Shown here in pieces: positions 9,239 to 19,384 of a stretch of DNA of 64,000 nt; positions within the stretch are counted from its first letter, which is position 1; each line of letters begins with the position of its first letter. The stretch comes from Fibrobacterales bacterium (GTDB lineage Bacteria; Fibrobacterota; Fibrobacteria; Fibrobacterales; JAOPTW01). The notes below the pieces were generated by a model that saw nothing but the letters and a program-made list of their open reading frames with translations, did no database searches and was not told the DNA's origin. The stretch covers positions 1 through 64,000 of the forward strand of contig JAOPTX010000047.1 of assembly GCA_051532055.1 (NCBI GenBank). Reading direction: 5' to 3'. The position numbers and the translations under genes were made by a program.

Positions 9239-11112
9239 TGTTCCTCCAAATCATAAGATAAAATCTGTTGACGGTAGTTTTCTGCATAGTGGCCGTCGAG
9301 TGCCATTAATTTGGTATGAGTGCCGCGTTCTTTAATTTCGCCATTTTCCAAATAGATGATCTCATCACATTGAATGACAGATGAGTATTTATGAGAAATG
9401 ATCACTGTTGTCAAATCAGTAATATGTGTTTTGAGGTTGTGTAAAATTTCGTGTTCAGTTTCGGTATCTACTGCTGATAGAGTATCGTCGAGAATGAGAA
9501 TGTCAGGATTAGCAATAAGTGCTCGTGCAAGACCAACTCGCTGCCTTTGACCGCCCGAAAGGTTGATCCCTTTTTCGCCGAGGACTGCATCGAGTTCACC
9601 AGGAATCTGATACAGGTCTTTGGTAAGGGCGGCGAGATTGGCCGCTTCTTCAACACTGAGGCTCGTTGTGGGTGAAGTACCCAGGAGTACATTTTCCCTG
9701 ATACTTTCAGAGAAAAGAAAGCCATCTTGTGGTGAGAGTGAGAAAAATGATTGGCACCAATCTCTACTTTGTTCGGATACATCTTTACCATTAATGTAAA
9801 AAGTCCCTTTGGCAATTGGATAAGTACCTGTAAGTATTTTAATGAGGGAGGTTTTACCAGAACCAATTTTCCCAACAACCCCGAGTGATGATCCTTTGAC
9901 GATGTCGAGGTCTATGTCACTTAAGCTCAATGGAGCTTGCTTCTCCCTATTTGCAGAATGAGAATTCAGAGCAGATTGGGGGTAAGTAAAGTTGAGGCCT
10001 GTCATACGGAGGCTGTGAAAAGGTTCATTCGCTGGGCGGATATAGGTGCCTTCTTCCATAGTATTCATGAGTGAGATAATGCGATCAAGAGATGCACGTC
10101 CTCGTTGTACCATACTCATTACCCATCCAAGGCCTACAAGGGGGAATTGAACATTTAATAAGAGAAATACTGTTTTAGTAAGTTCACCTGTCGTAAGTTC
10201 CTGTTCTGTAATGAGGTATGAACCGGTAAATATTGCAGCACAGATTCCCACACCACTGATGAAGCCGATGGTGGGCCAAATAAAGCTGTTGAGTATCGTG
10301 ATTTTTTTTGAGGTAGCTTTAAGTTCGAGTGATGACTGTTCAAATTTTTGAATAAAATATTCTTCATTACCAAATGACTTTATGGTACTTATCGATGAAA
10401 AGAGTTCTTGAGAAAATGAGCTGAGTTTTGATAGTGATTTTTGAACTGCCGCAAACCCCGCGTAAATTTGTTTCATGAATTTTAAGGTTGTGAGTGGAAG
10501 GGCTAAAGAAAGGGTAAGACCTACTGCAGCTAATGTAGGGGAAATGGTAAGGAGAATTGCAGTGGTATACACTAGGTATGCGCCCATGCGAATCATGTGC
10601 ATGAGTGCGGGGCCTACAAGGTCACGTACCCGATCAAGGTCATTGGTGCAGCGTGACATGATGTCACCCGTTAGATTTGAATCGAAAAAAGTACGTGGTT
10701 GGTGTTGGAGTTTTTCAAAGAGCTCATTACGCATTGAGTACTCTATTTTTCGCGATATGGTAATGATGATGTAGCGCTGGAAAAAAAGAAAAATTGAATA
10801 GATGAATGTAGCTATAAGAATGCCGGCAATGAGATTGTAAAGTTCAGTGTGTTCGCCAAATACAGTTCCCGAAAAGAAATGTATTGTTTTAGAAACGCCT
10901 CGGGTGCCATTGAGATAATCGACCATCTCACCGATGAGCCATGGGTTCGCATGAGCGAGTGCGACAGAGGTAATTATCAAAAAGATTCCAATGCCGATTT
11001 TTACCCGATAGGGTTTTAAATGTTTGAGTAAAAATTCCCGAGATGTAATGGTGCGCTCTCCTAACGTTAGGAGAGACAATGTAGAAAATATGGCGCTGAG
11101 CGTGTAGAACAA
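9235..11112 (-). CDS. ABC exporter, fused permease/ATPase (MdlA-like); start uncertain
   Basis: GKIGSGKT, LSGGQRQR, ILDDTLSAVD; 4-nt overlap with the partner gene suggests a heterodimer. Confidence 0.93.
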   Translation of the reverse strand: MFYTLSAIFSTLSLLTLGERTITSREFLLKHLKPYRVKIGIGIFLIITSVALAHANPWLIGEMVDYLNGTRGVSKTIHFFSGTVFGEHTELYNLIAGILIATFIYSIFLFFQRYIIITISRKIEYSMRNELFEKLQHQPRTFFDSNLTGDIMSRCTNDLDRVRDLVGPALMHMIRMGAYLVYTTAILLTISPTLAAVGLTLSLALPLTTLKFMKQIYAGFAAVQKSLSKLSSFSQELFSSISTIKSFGNEEYFIQKFEQSSLELKATSKKITILNSFIWPTIGFISGVGICAAIFTGSYLITEQELTTGELTKTVFLLLNVQFPLVGLGWVMSMVQRGRASLDRIISLMNTMEEGTYIRPANEPFHSLRMTGLNFTYPQSALNSHSANREKQAPLSLSDIDLDIVKGSSLGVVGKIGSGKTSLIKILTGTYPIAKGTFYINGKDVSEQSRDWCQSFFSLSPQDGFLFSESIRENVLLGTSPTTSLSVEEAANLAALTKDLYQIPGELDAVLGEKGINLSGGQRQRVGLARALIANPDILILDDTLSAVDTETEHEILHNLKTHITDLTTVIISHKYSSVIQCDEIIYLENGEIKERGTHTKLMALDGHYAENYRQQILSYDLEEQ

Positions 11113-11177
11113 CTCTGTGAATATTTAAGAGCTGACAGTATTAGAATTCAGAAGACTCGTTAAACTATAGAAAGAAG

Positions 11178-11201
11178 AAAAGCCGATCATGTGATCGGCT
11201 T
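11178..11201 (-). terminator. Intrinsic terminator of the 60-aa gene
   Basis: AAGCCGATC-ATGT-GATCGGCTT followed by a T-rich tract on the minus strand. Confidence 0.75.
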
Positions 11202-11222
11202 ATAATACTTGAGAGTAGAACA

Positions 11223-11405
11223 TCAATTAAAGAGGTAGCGGTCGAGAACGAGCTCAGCACTATCAGAAATTATTTCAAGTGAGATTTTGAGATTGAGTAT
11301 GTCATCCTGACTAATTACAGCTTCTCTTTCTGGTCTCCCAACAAGTTCCGGTTGGGTCATATCAGTATAGGCTAATTGTATGTGTTCACGCATAGCATCC
11401 TCCAT
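11223..11405 (-). CDS. Small acidic protein (~60 aa), unknown function
   Basis: Protein-like sequence (VGRPEREAVISQDDILNLKISL) with a candidate promoter upstream and terminator downstream. Confidence 0.7.
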   Translation of the reverse strand: MEDAMREHIQLAYTDMTQPELVGRPEREAVISQDDILNLKISLEIISDSAELVLDRYLFN

Positions 11406-11440
11406 GTAAGTGTTCTTTGAACCCTATGTACTTAGTATAC

Positions 11441-11468
11441 TATTCGGCACCCTAGTAAACAAGCTTTA
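11441..11468 (-). promoter_or_regulatory. Putative sigma28 (FliA/SigD) promoter
   Basis: Minus strand TAAAGCTT-N12-GCCGAATA, ~35 nt upstream of the 60-aa gene. Confidence 0.6.
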
Positions 11469-11846
11469 TATTTGATTGAGTGATAGAATGCTCACTTTTT
11501 TATAACTCATTTTTAAATATGGGGTTATCGCAATAGAAAAAATTAACCTCTTCTTTAACTATTAGGACTTTTTGATTAAATAGATCTAAAAGTCAAGCTA
11601 CTCGGGCCAGTTCTACGAATAAAGTAGGTTACTTCTAGTAACATTTTAACTTTTGGTATTTAACTCAGGTTAATTTATTTTTTGTCTACAACACATATAA
11701 TAGAGTACTCAGCTTTTTGGGCATGGGTACTACGAGGACTTTTAGAGTAGTTGAAGGATTGTGATAAATATACACATGATTATTTAAACGTGTGTAATAA
11801 CTCCATTCAACAGATCTGAATACAACATATATACTTAGGGGTAAGT

Positions 11847-13928
11847 ATGAAACACCTGTTATGGATAGTAACAATTGGATCCATTTTTGGATGCAGTGGT
11901 GAGATCGTTAATGATGATCTTAATAATAGTTCGGATTCAAACGAGAGTTCTGAAATTGATACTACGAGTAGTTCTGAAAATAGTGAGTCAGTTGCCGAAT
12001 TTGACGAATCATCAGAATTGTCGAGCTCAGAATCGTTGGATCAGGAATCACAATCAAGTTCACATGAAAATAAAATGAGTAGTCAAAAGTCTTCGATGGA
12101 AGAATTGGGCTCTATTGAATCATCTATTGAGAGTTCCTCTGAATCGAGCAGTTCTGAGCAGAGTAGTTCTGAGTATGTTCAAGAGTTAATTTGTGAATGG
12201 GGAACAGAAAAGCTTAATATCTGTGAGTTTGATAGTCGTGAAGAAGTTATCGATGCTTTTTTGAATGCTATGACTACCGACGAAAAAATTGCTCAAATGA
12301 CACAGACGCGATGGTTTGATATGTCACCAACTGAAGTTGCTGATTGGGGGCTTGGTTCGATAATCCACACACAAGGTGATTATGTGGGGCCCGATGCTAT
12401 ACAATGGGTTCACAAAATGAAAGAGTTTCAAGAGGCTTCTTTAAAAACACGACTTGGCATTCCACTCCTTATTGCTGTTGATGCGGTGCATGGCCAAAAT
12501 ACCTTTGAAGGTGCAACTATTTTTCCCCATAATATCAATATGGCCGCAACGCGCAATATGGACCTCATAGAAGAGGCAGCAAAGATCACCGCAAAAGAAA
12601 TTGCGGGCACTGGCTTTAACTGGACTTTTTCCCCTTGTATTGCTATGCCACAAAATGAAAATTGGGGGCGAGTCTATGAAGGGTATACTGAAGATACTGA
12701 TCTTACCACAGATGCAGTAATCGCTTCTATAAAAGGGCATCAACAAGGAGCTCTTGCGGCGCCTTGGACTGTTGGTACTACAGCGAAGCATTTTATTGGC
12801 GATGGTGCAACTAATGGAGGTGATGAAGGGGGCAATGCAGAAATGAGTATGGATGAGCTGAGAGCTAAATACTTGCCTCCGTACGCAGCAGCTGTAGAGC
12901 AAGGGGTAACTGCAATTATGGTTGGCTTTAACTCAGTGAATGGTACGAATATGCATCAGAATGGAGATATTGTGAATGGAATACTCCGTGAAGAACTCAA
13001 CTTCGAAGGTGTTGTGGTGACAGACTGGGAAGGAGGCACGCGTTATGGTCATGCTTCTATAGTGATTAACTCCGGCGTGGATATTGCAATGCAGCCTAAG
13101 GGGCTTCATGTTGATTTTATTAATCAAATTAAAGGTTCAGTAAACGATGGTGGGGTTTCAATGGATCGAATTAATGATGCGGTTCGTCACATTATAGGAA
13201 TGAAATATGATTTAGGGTTATTTAGTGATCCATTTCCACAGGAAGAGTATGCTGAGAGTGTTGGTTCACCAGAGCATCGTGAAGTTGCGCGTCAAGCGGT
13301 ACGTGAATCCTTGGTACTTCTTAAAAGTGAAAACGGTGCACTGCCACTTACCAGCGATGATGATATAATAATAGTAGGTGAGCATGGTGACAATAGTGGC
13401 TTACAAAGTGGTGGCTGGTCTATAGAGTGGCAAGGTGTTTCTCGAAACTATTCAGGTGCAACAACTATGAAAGATGCCATACAAAAAATCGCTCCGAGTG
13501 CTTTGTATTCGGCAAATGGGTGCTCAGGTGATATGAGTGGTAAAAAAGCCGTAGTGGTTGTTGGTGAGACTCCTTATGCAGAGTTTATGGGTGATACTGA
13601 TGAATCGGATTATCGTCTATGGATGACCGATAGTCACAAAGGCTATATTAACAGTTGTGTAGAAGCAGGGGCTCAAGTGATTACCATTCTTGTATCGGGC
13701 AGGGTACTTGCCGTAGAAGGGGAAATAGTGAAGAGTGATGCATATATAGCAGCCTTCTTTATTGGGTCTGAAGGTGATGGTGTTGCGGACTTCCTCTTTG
13801 GTATCGATGGATTTATTCCAAAAGGTAAATCACCCTACTCATGGCCGAAAGACCCTGAGGATATTCCGCTCGCCATGAATGATAGTAAGGCTCTTTATCC
13901 TTTTGGGTATGGGTTGGAAGACTATTAG
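11847..13928 (+). CDS. GH3 beta-glucosidase, lipoprotein with Ser/Glu-rich linker
   Basis: Lipobox IFGC; DAVHG, WGRVYEGY, AKHFIGDG, nucleophile motif VTDW, LYPFGYGL. Confidence 0.95.
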   Translation: MKHLLWIVTIGSIFGCSGEIVNDDLNNSSDSNESSEIDTTSSSENSESVAEFDESSELSSSESLDQESQSSSHENKMSSQKSSMEELGSIESSIESSSESSSSEQSSSEYVQELICEWGTEKLNICEFDSREEVIDAFLNAMTTDEKIAQMTQTRWFDMSPTEVADWGLGSIIHTQGDYVGPDAIQWVHKMKEFQEASLKTRLGIPLLIAVDAVHGQNTFEGATIFPHNINMAATRNMDLIEEAAKITAKEIAGTGFNWTFSPCIAMPQNENWGRVYEGYTEDTDLTTDAVIASIKGHQQGALAAPWTVGTTAKHFIGDGATNGGDEGGNAEMSMDELRAKYLPPYAAAVEQGVTAIMVGFNSVNGTNMHQNGDIVNGILREELNFEGVVVTDWEGGTRYGHASIVINSGVDIAMQPKGLHVDFINQIKGSVNDGGVSMDRINDAVRHIIGMKYDLGLFSDPFPQEEYAESVGSPEHREVARQAVRESLVLLKSENGALPLTSDDDIIIVGEHGDNSGLQSGGWSIEWQGVSRNYSGATTMKDAIQKIAPSALYSANGCSGDMSGKKAVVVVGETPYAEFMGDTDESDYRLWMTDSHKGYINSCVEAGAQVITILVSGRVLAVEGEIVKSDAYIAAFFIGSEGDGVADFLFGIDGFIPKGKSPYSWPKDPEDIPLAMNDSKALYPFGYGLEDY

Positions 13929-14054
13929 GATTATTGCTATTGAGAAAATTGAGAAATGAGTTCATTTTGAATTAGAAAATTGTTTAAAATGAGCCAAGTG
14001 TGATACTCATCACATGCAGTGTCCCAACTTCAATATATATTGTAAGTGGTGGGT

Positions 14055-14100
14055 AAGAAAGGATGGAGGCGGAAACGCAGCTGTCCTTTTCTTTTTTTCT
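14055..14100 (+). terminator. Hairpin plus U-tract downstream of GH3 gene
   Basis: AGAAAGGATGG...CTGTCCTTTTCT stem with inner GCG-GAAA-CGC, followed by TTTTTTT. Confidence 0.55.
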
Positions 14101-14196
14101 GGGCTTATGAGCAAGCATCTGCTTCGTTGTGAAAACCTCATCGTAGAGGAGTACGGAGACGGCTTTAGCGCCTCACATCTACATACTCCTAAACCC
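14101..14196 (-). ncRNA. Structured element resembling the skipping-rope RNA motif / palindromic repeat
   Basis: Minus strand: outer stem GGGTTTAGGAGTA/TGCTCATAAGCCC with G-U pairs enclosing AGATGTGAGGCG...CGTAC..TACG...CAACGAAGCAGATG; family resemblance is from memory. Confidence 0.5.
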
Positions 14197-14247
14197 TGAA
14201 ACGCTGTGATTTCTCTTTGTGCCTTTGGCACAAACTCGTTGTGATTA

Positions 14248-15825
14248 TTATTGGTGAGTGTTTCCATATTCGATCATTTCCTTGGCGTTATTGATGATCT
14301 GGTCTTTGACGATGTCGAGATGGTAGAGCCAGTATGTCTCGTTGATTGCGCCTTGAACGCCATATGAATTGTTTGGCCACGGTACAGGGTCTCCATACTT
14401 GGTATTCATTTCTTGGGTTATGGGGGTGATGAGCTGCTGCCATTCTCCTATTTTAGTTGCAATATGTGGATAAACCTTTTCGTCAAATTTCTTTACTTGC
14501 TCTAGGTACTCGTCCTCAAATAATTTTAACCCTTGAAATAGGTTGTTGCAGAGGGGATATGAATACCGGGAACTTGAGCTTTTGCAAGCACTAAATTTTG
14601 GTGATGTTGGGAGGGGAGTCATAGGGGTGCCCGGAGATATATAACTAAATCCTGTAAAAAAATGCATGAAGTCTGTGTGATCACTGAGAATGTTGTCGAG
14701 GTCCCAAGGGATAAGGGTGAACTTTTTACGCTCACCGTCTTCATACCAATAATAATTCTTTCCATTGATTCCGGCAAAGTTCATGAGGCACCAGGGACTA
14801 TCCCAATGACTGACTACTCTGTTGACCAGCATATGAGCTAAAATTTCATCAATGTCCATCCATTTTTTGAGTATATCTTTAACAGTGCTGGAATCAGCGG
14901 TACTTAAGTCTGACGCAAAAGAGTTCATGAGCCCAATAGATGGAGAGTCATCCTCATTGGTTTTTAAGGTAGTGGTAAACGTACTCGTTGATTGAACTTT
15001 ATTTGAAGGTGTGATTGGCATAACTTGTTTATATAGGTTGCCTTCGCCTCCATTAAAATGGTCACGGGTGAATCTTCCATCGATATTTTCTATTGCAATA
15101 TAGAGGCCATTGTCAATCCCGTTTATTTGAACCCGAGCATAAGAAGTGCGTGGAGCCGTGACACCCATTTCGCGGAATATCCAGTACCCAAGTTGTTCCC
15201 TCATTTGCGATGGATCATTATTCATAGCATGAAGTTGCAATTTTTTAAAACCTTTAAATCGTTGACCGGGGTTTGAGTCAATATTGAATTTTATTTTTAA
15301 ACCGAGTTTTTGACATATTTTCCCCCGAGTACTTGTTGTTGGGTTGACTCTGGTTTTTAGAAAGCTTGTTTCTGAAGTGGCGCATCGAGATCTATCAATG
15401 CGTAAACTATTTTCGTAGAGCCAAGAACCAATACTCCCTTTGTATCGTACTTCGACACTCTCCCAACGTTCCCCATCAAATTCAAATGAAGCAGGTACAT
15501 ACTTTTCAGCCATAGGGCGGTCGTCGAGAGAGATAAGGTTTTCTTGTGTCAGCAAAATATTAAAGGTCGGTACTTTTTGATTGTTAAAAAGCTTTTCAAA
15601 GGGGAAATCACCTGGTTGAGAGTATTTGTTATCAGTAAAATTTACATCGGCACTTGAATCAAAATTAATTAAAGAGTCATCCGTGTTAGCTTCTGAGCTT
15701 GTTGACTCCTTATAAATATCGGATGAAAGTACTGCTTGGGATGAAATCTTGGTTTGGAGCGTCGTTAACTCCTTATCACTGCAAGCGATTAATAAGAGGA
15801 TAATTAAGATGATTATATAGGGCAT
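14248..15825 (-). CDS. CotH-family kinase, lipoprotein
   Basis: Lipobox LIAC; VRYKG, DPSQMRE, GLYIAIENID, GNLYK, IPWDLDN. Confidence 0.9.
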   Translation of the reverse strand: MPYIIILIILLLIACSDKELTTLQTKISSQAVLSSDIYKESTSSEANTDDSLINFDSSADVNFTDNKYSQPGDFPFEKLFNNQKVPTFNILLTQENLISLDDRPMAEKYVPASFEFDGERWESVEVRYKGSIGSWLYENSLRIDRSRCATSETSFLKTRVNPTTSTRGKICQKLGLKIKFNIDSNPGQRFKGFKKLQLHAMNNDPSQMREQLGYWIFREMGVTAPRTSYARVQINGIDNGLYIAIENIDGRFTRDHFNGGEGNLYKQVMPITPSNKVQSTSTFTTTLKTNEDDSPSIGLMNSFASDLSTADSSTVKDILKKWMDIDEILAHMLVNRVVSHWDSPWCLMNFAGINGKNYYWYEDGERKKFTLIPWDLDNILSDHTDFMHFFTGFSYISPGTPMTPLPTSPKFSACKSSSSRYSYPLCNNLFQGLKLFEDEYLEQVKKFDEKVYPHIATKIGEWQQLITPITQEMNTKYGDPVPWPNNSYGVQGAINETYWLYHLDIVKDQIINNAKEMIEYGNTHQ

Positions 15826-16002
15826 AGAGGCTGCTAGGGGGTTGTAGGTAGCGAAAGATAGAAAAATTTGTTCCTTTAAAAAGTGTATACGCCTTCTTGG
15901 TGAGTTGTTTTGTGTTACAAGGTTGTATTAAGCTGAAAATCATGTAACCTAAATAAAAATTCATCGTTTAATACTTGTAGATACTTTTATTTCTGGATAT
16001 GT

Positions 16003-16593
16003 ATGAAACAGCTCTTCATAATTACAATGATACTTTGTGGCTTGTCTTTTGGCCAAACAACTATTGATACAATTCAGTATTCTACCCCTAAAAAGAAATT
16101 GAAACATCCGCATAAAAAGTCAATTCAGGTTACTCCACATATTGGTTTTACTACGGTAGCTATGATGTCAACGGGGTATGGTATTACGGTGAAATATAAG
16201 CAGGATAATTATTTGACGTATGGTATTACTGCAGGAGAGTACAGTGCTGAAAGTAGTATATGGGATGAAAATGAAGGTCGTGTTGAGTATTATATGGGGA
16301 TTATAGGTATGGGCTATTCTGATGAACATCGGTTTGGGTCAATTTATGGAGGGGTAGGGAATCTCTACTTGTCGTATAATTATGGACCAGATTACTGTGG
16401 GGAGTATGCAAACGAATGGGGACGGTGTGAAAGTTCTTTGATTGGAGGTATACTAGGAGGAGAAGGTGGGTTAAAATATGGGACAGTTGGGCTGGCATTA
16501 GAAGGGAAGATTGTGATTAATAAGATCCATACTTTTTGGGGGCTTGGTCTGGCCTTAGTACTTGATATTCCAATAGGGAAGCCACTGTTTTAA
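16003..16593 (+). CDS. Secreted protein, probable small outer-membrane beta-barrel
   Basis: Signal peptide; Gly/aromatic alternating strands. Confidence 0.65.
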   Translation: MKQLFIITMILCGLSFGQTTIDTIQYSTPKKKLKHPHKKSIQVTPHIGFTTVAMMSTGYGITVKYKQDNYLTYGITAGEYSAESSIWDENEGRVEYYMGIIGMGYSDEHRFGSIYGGVGNLYLSYNYGPDYCGEYANEWGRCESSLIGGILGGEGGLKYGTVGLALEGKIVINKIHTFWGLGLALVLDIPIGKPLF

Positions 16594-16700
16594 GGTAGTA
16601 TTATTGTAGTGGCTGAACATATGAGACAACCGAAACCGCTATTTTAGTTGTAAATCGAGTATGTGATAAGTTTTGAGTTTGAAATGTTTGTTGTAAATGA

Positions 16701-16943
16701 TACAGAATCAATAGTAGCCTTGTAGGATTACTGGTCAAAAATTTTGGTAATACTGATTTTACCAATGTAACTATTCCATTTGGTATTACTGGTTGCACTG
16801 CTGTAGGACAATTATGGGTTGATGAAATTTAATATTTAGAAGATGTATATAATAGTACTGATAATGACACTCCAACACGGCCAAAAAACGCTACCGCAGT
16901 CAACGTAGAAGCTACATCTACTGCAATTATCAGCCAATTTTGA
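16701..16943 (+). pseudogene. Possible decayed fragment (CBM-like C-terminus followed by FN3-like start)
   Basis: One frame reads ...KNFGNTDFTNVTIPFGI...GQLWVDEI*YLED...DNDTPTRPKNATAVNVEATS*, in-frame TAA at 16830, no start codon. Confidence 0.4.
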
Positions 16944-17040
16944 TGTATTGTTCTGCATGGTATTTAAATAGGTGCCTTTAAAAAATATTCTTTTGTGGCA
17001 CACCTTATAGCAAAAATACATTTGTTATTTTACAATAATA

Positions 17041-19224
17041 TTATGGGTCAACTGTTTCAATTTCAATAGTTGAAAGTTCACTACGCCCACTTGAATTTTT
17101 ATGAATGAAAAGATATGAGTTGTTGGCGATACCAATGGGTTCGATACTAGTCCACCCTGAACTCCAGCCACGATAATAGAGTTTGTCGGAAATTGATCCA
17201 TCGCTATTTAACTTATAACAGCCTGCGTGACTTCCCTGGGTGTCATAAAAAAAGATGTAGGGTTTGCCATTTATGGTAAAAGGGCGGATATAATTCCATG
17301 GGCGAATATTAATATTTTCTTCAATGAGGTTATGTAAGCTACCATCGGAACTTAAACTATAGGTGGAATGTTTAGAATCAGGTCCATTAAAATATACATA
17401 GGTAATATCATTGATAATAATGTATTGTATGGAGGTCCATGGGGTTGACCAAGGATTAGGAGCTTGATCAGTAATCAGAACACTATTGCTATCGAGAGGG
17501 GTTGTAATGGTCTCTTTTGTTCCCCCATTTGATCTCATAAGATAATGAGTAGAGCCACTTTTAATAACCTTTAAAGCTACTAGATTCGCTTCTAGAGTAT
17601 GAGTGTTTTTCACATCTCCAATAAGTCCATCATTACCAATTTTTCGGATTTCGAGTAAACCAGTTATATCATCATAGAGCATTAAATAGGTGGTGTCATT
17701 AATTGCATATATATCATGGTATTTCCAAGAATTACCGATATTCTTATTTTGTATATCCGTAAAGGCAAGCTCTCCATCCTTTAATTCTCGAGTAATAAGT
17801 GAACCATTGCTATTGTTATAGCAGAACTGATATCCGGTATTTGTTATGGAATAATTTTGGCAAGATGAAAAACCGGTATTTAAGTTTGGATTACTCACAA
17901 TTTTTTTTAATAAATAATCATGAGGAGTATCATATTCTTGAAGTACCTCAATCGTATCTTGTTCAATTGTTTGGGCTGAAATGACTTTTGCATCTGCCCA
18001 TGTGACATAGCTGTTCAGTCCATAGTACGATTCATCAGTTCTGAGACTAATGGTGGATGCATTTTTAACATTAATTTTTAAACGGATTGAATTTGAGAAA
18101 ATGCGTAGATTTGGACTTGTGTATACTGAGCGGCCATCAACTATAACTTCAAATGTAGCATTCATATGTATGTTGGATTGAATGTCATTGTCGCCATATT
18201 TATCATCCATGCCAATTACAGCTTCGAATACATCCCACTTTTGGTCAAGATTAAAATCAATTTGCGAGTCTTCATATAAAACAATGCCCTTTGAATATTT
18301 CGTTTGATTTAAAGAGATTATTCTTCCTTTAAAATTCATATCATATTCAATATCATTTGAAGGTTCAGACAAATAGACAATGTTACTGTGAAAGTCACTT
18401 AAATACATGGTGTCTGAGATAATCAAACTACTTGAACTTGGAGTGTGAGGGGCATGTATACTGCTACTTATATTAACGAAGGATGAGGAGCTTGATGATG
18501 AAATTTGAGGTGTTGAAACAGATGATGTTTGTATCATTTTAGATGATGAGATGAGGGCAGATGAAGAACTCAAATGGGGTGTAATATCAGGTGATGATAT
18601 CGGTATCGTTGTAGAGGATGAAAGACTTAATTGTGGTGATAACGGTTCACTACTACTAATATTTTGTGGTTGTTGTTCTTTGGGTGCCGAGCTTGGTTCA
18701 TTACTATTTGAAGATTGAGTGGGCCCGGTATTGATGACTACTGTACTTCCAGCACCAATGTCCTTGACGATAATAGTGGGGGAATCACCTGTAGGTTGTA
18801 CTACGATAGCCTTTTCACCTGTAACTATAGTTGAATTGTCATTATCAATTATTTGAAGGATTATTATAAGCGTTATATTGACCGTTATTGTGGTATCGTT
18901 TGATACTGCAATATTAGACATTGAACCAATGATTTCTTTTTGATTAAAAACAAATATATCATATGCGCCATTTTGAAGACTCTCAAAGGTATTTCCATTA
19001 ATGAGATCTACTTTTTGGGAGTCGATGGGTATGGTGTTTAATGAGTGAAAAAGGTAGGCGTAGCTTTTATTGATAGTCGTACTATCTACTCCTTCAGCAA
19101 TTTCAAATTTAGCTGTTATGTTGTTACCTGTTGTGGTAATACCTGTAGTATCCCCTAAATCAGGATTCTGGGTGTTTGTGTCACAACTAGCTAAAATAAG
19201 TAAAATAGAAAAAAGTAGTATCAT
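17041..19224 (-). CDS. Lipoprotein with Ser-rich linker, NPCBM/NEW2 domain and C-terminal beta-propeller-like repeats
   Basis: Lipobox LASC; YLSDF...YSKGI...FEAVIGMDD...FEVIVDG...WADAKV; WSTPWTSI/WSSGWTSI repeats. Confidence 0.8.
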   Translation of the reverse strand: MILLFSILLILASCDTNTQNPDLGDTTGITTTGNNITAKFEIAEGVDSTTINKSYAYLFHSLNTIPIDSQKVDLINGNTFESLQNGAYDIFVFNQKEIIGSMSNIAVSNDTTITVNITLIIILQIIDNDNSTIVTGEKAIVVQPTGDSPTIIVKDIGAGSTVVINTGPTQSSNSNEPSSAPKEQQPQNISSSEPLSPQLSLSSSTTIPISSPDITPHLSSSSALISSSKMIQTSSVSTPQISSSSSSSFVNISSSIHAPHTPSSSSLIISDTMYLSDFHSNIVYLSEPSNDIEYDMNFKGRIISLNQTKYSKGIVLYEDSQIDFNLDQKWDVFEAVIGMDDKYGDNDIQSNIHMNATFEVIVDGRSVYTSPNLRIFSNSIRLKINVKNASTISLRTDESYYGLNSYVTWADAKVISAQTIEQDTIEVLQEYDTPHDYLLKKIVSNPNLNTGFSSCQNYSITNTGYQFCYNNSNGSLITRELKDGELAFTDIQNKNIGNSWKYHDIYAINDTTYLMLYDDITGLLEIRKIGNDGLIGDVKNTHTLEANLVALKVIKSGSTHYLMRSNGGTKETITTPLDSNSVLITDQAPNPWSTPWTSIQYIIINDITYVYFNGPDSKHSTYSLSSDGSLHNLIEENINIRPWNYIRPFTINGKPYIFFYDTQGSHAGCYKLNSDGSISDKLYYRGWSSGWTSIEPIGIANNSYLFIHKNSSGRSELSTIEIETVDP

Positions 19225-19384
19225 TATGGCCTCTGTATGTACTTGTTAAAAGTAAAAATTATGAGTTCAAATTGAGTGGTGAGTATGTAAAATGACAGTA
19301 ACAAAGGTGGGTCTCGGCTTCTATTTAAGCATAAGTTTGTTAATATTTGATGGTGTACTAGGTATATAAACTTGTAGAGACTCA

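Noticed and set aside
14061..14086. Possible SRP RNA (GNRA loop followed by AGC)
   Set aside because: Lacks the conserved CAGG/AGCA symmetric loop and the long SRP stem
14010..14267. Short ORFs on both strands (85 aa, 61 aa)
   Set aside because: They overlap the hairpin elements and are not protein-like
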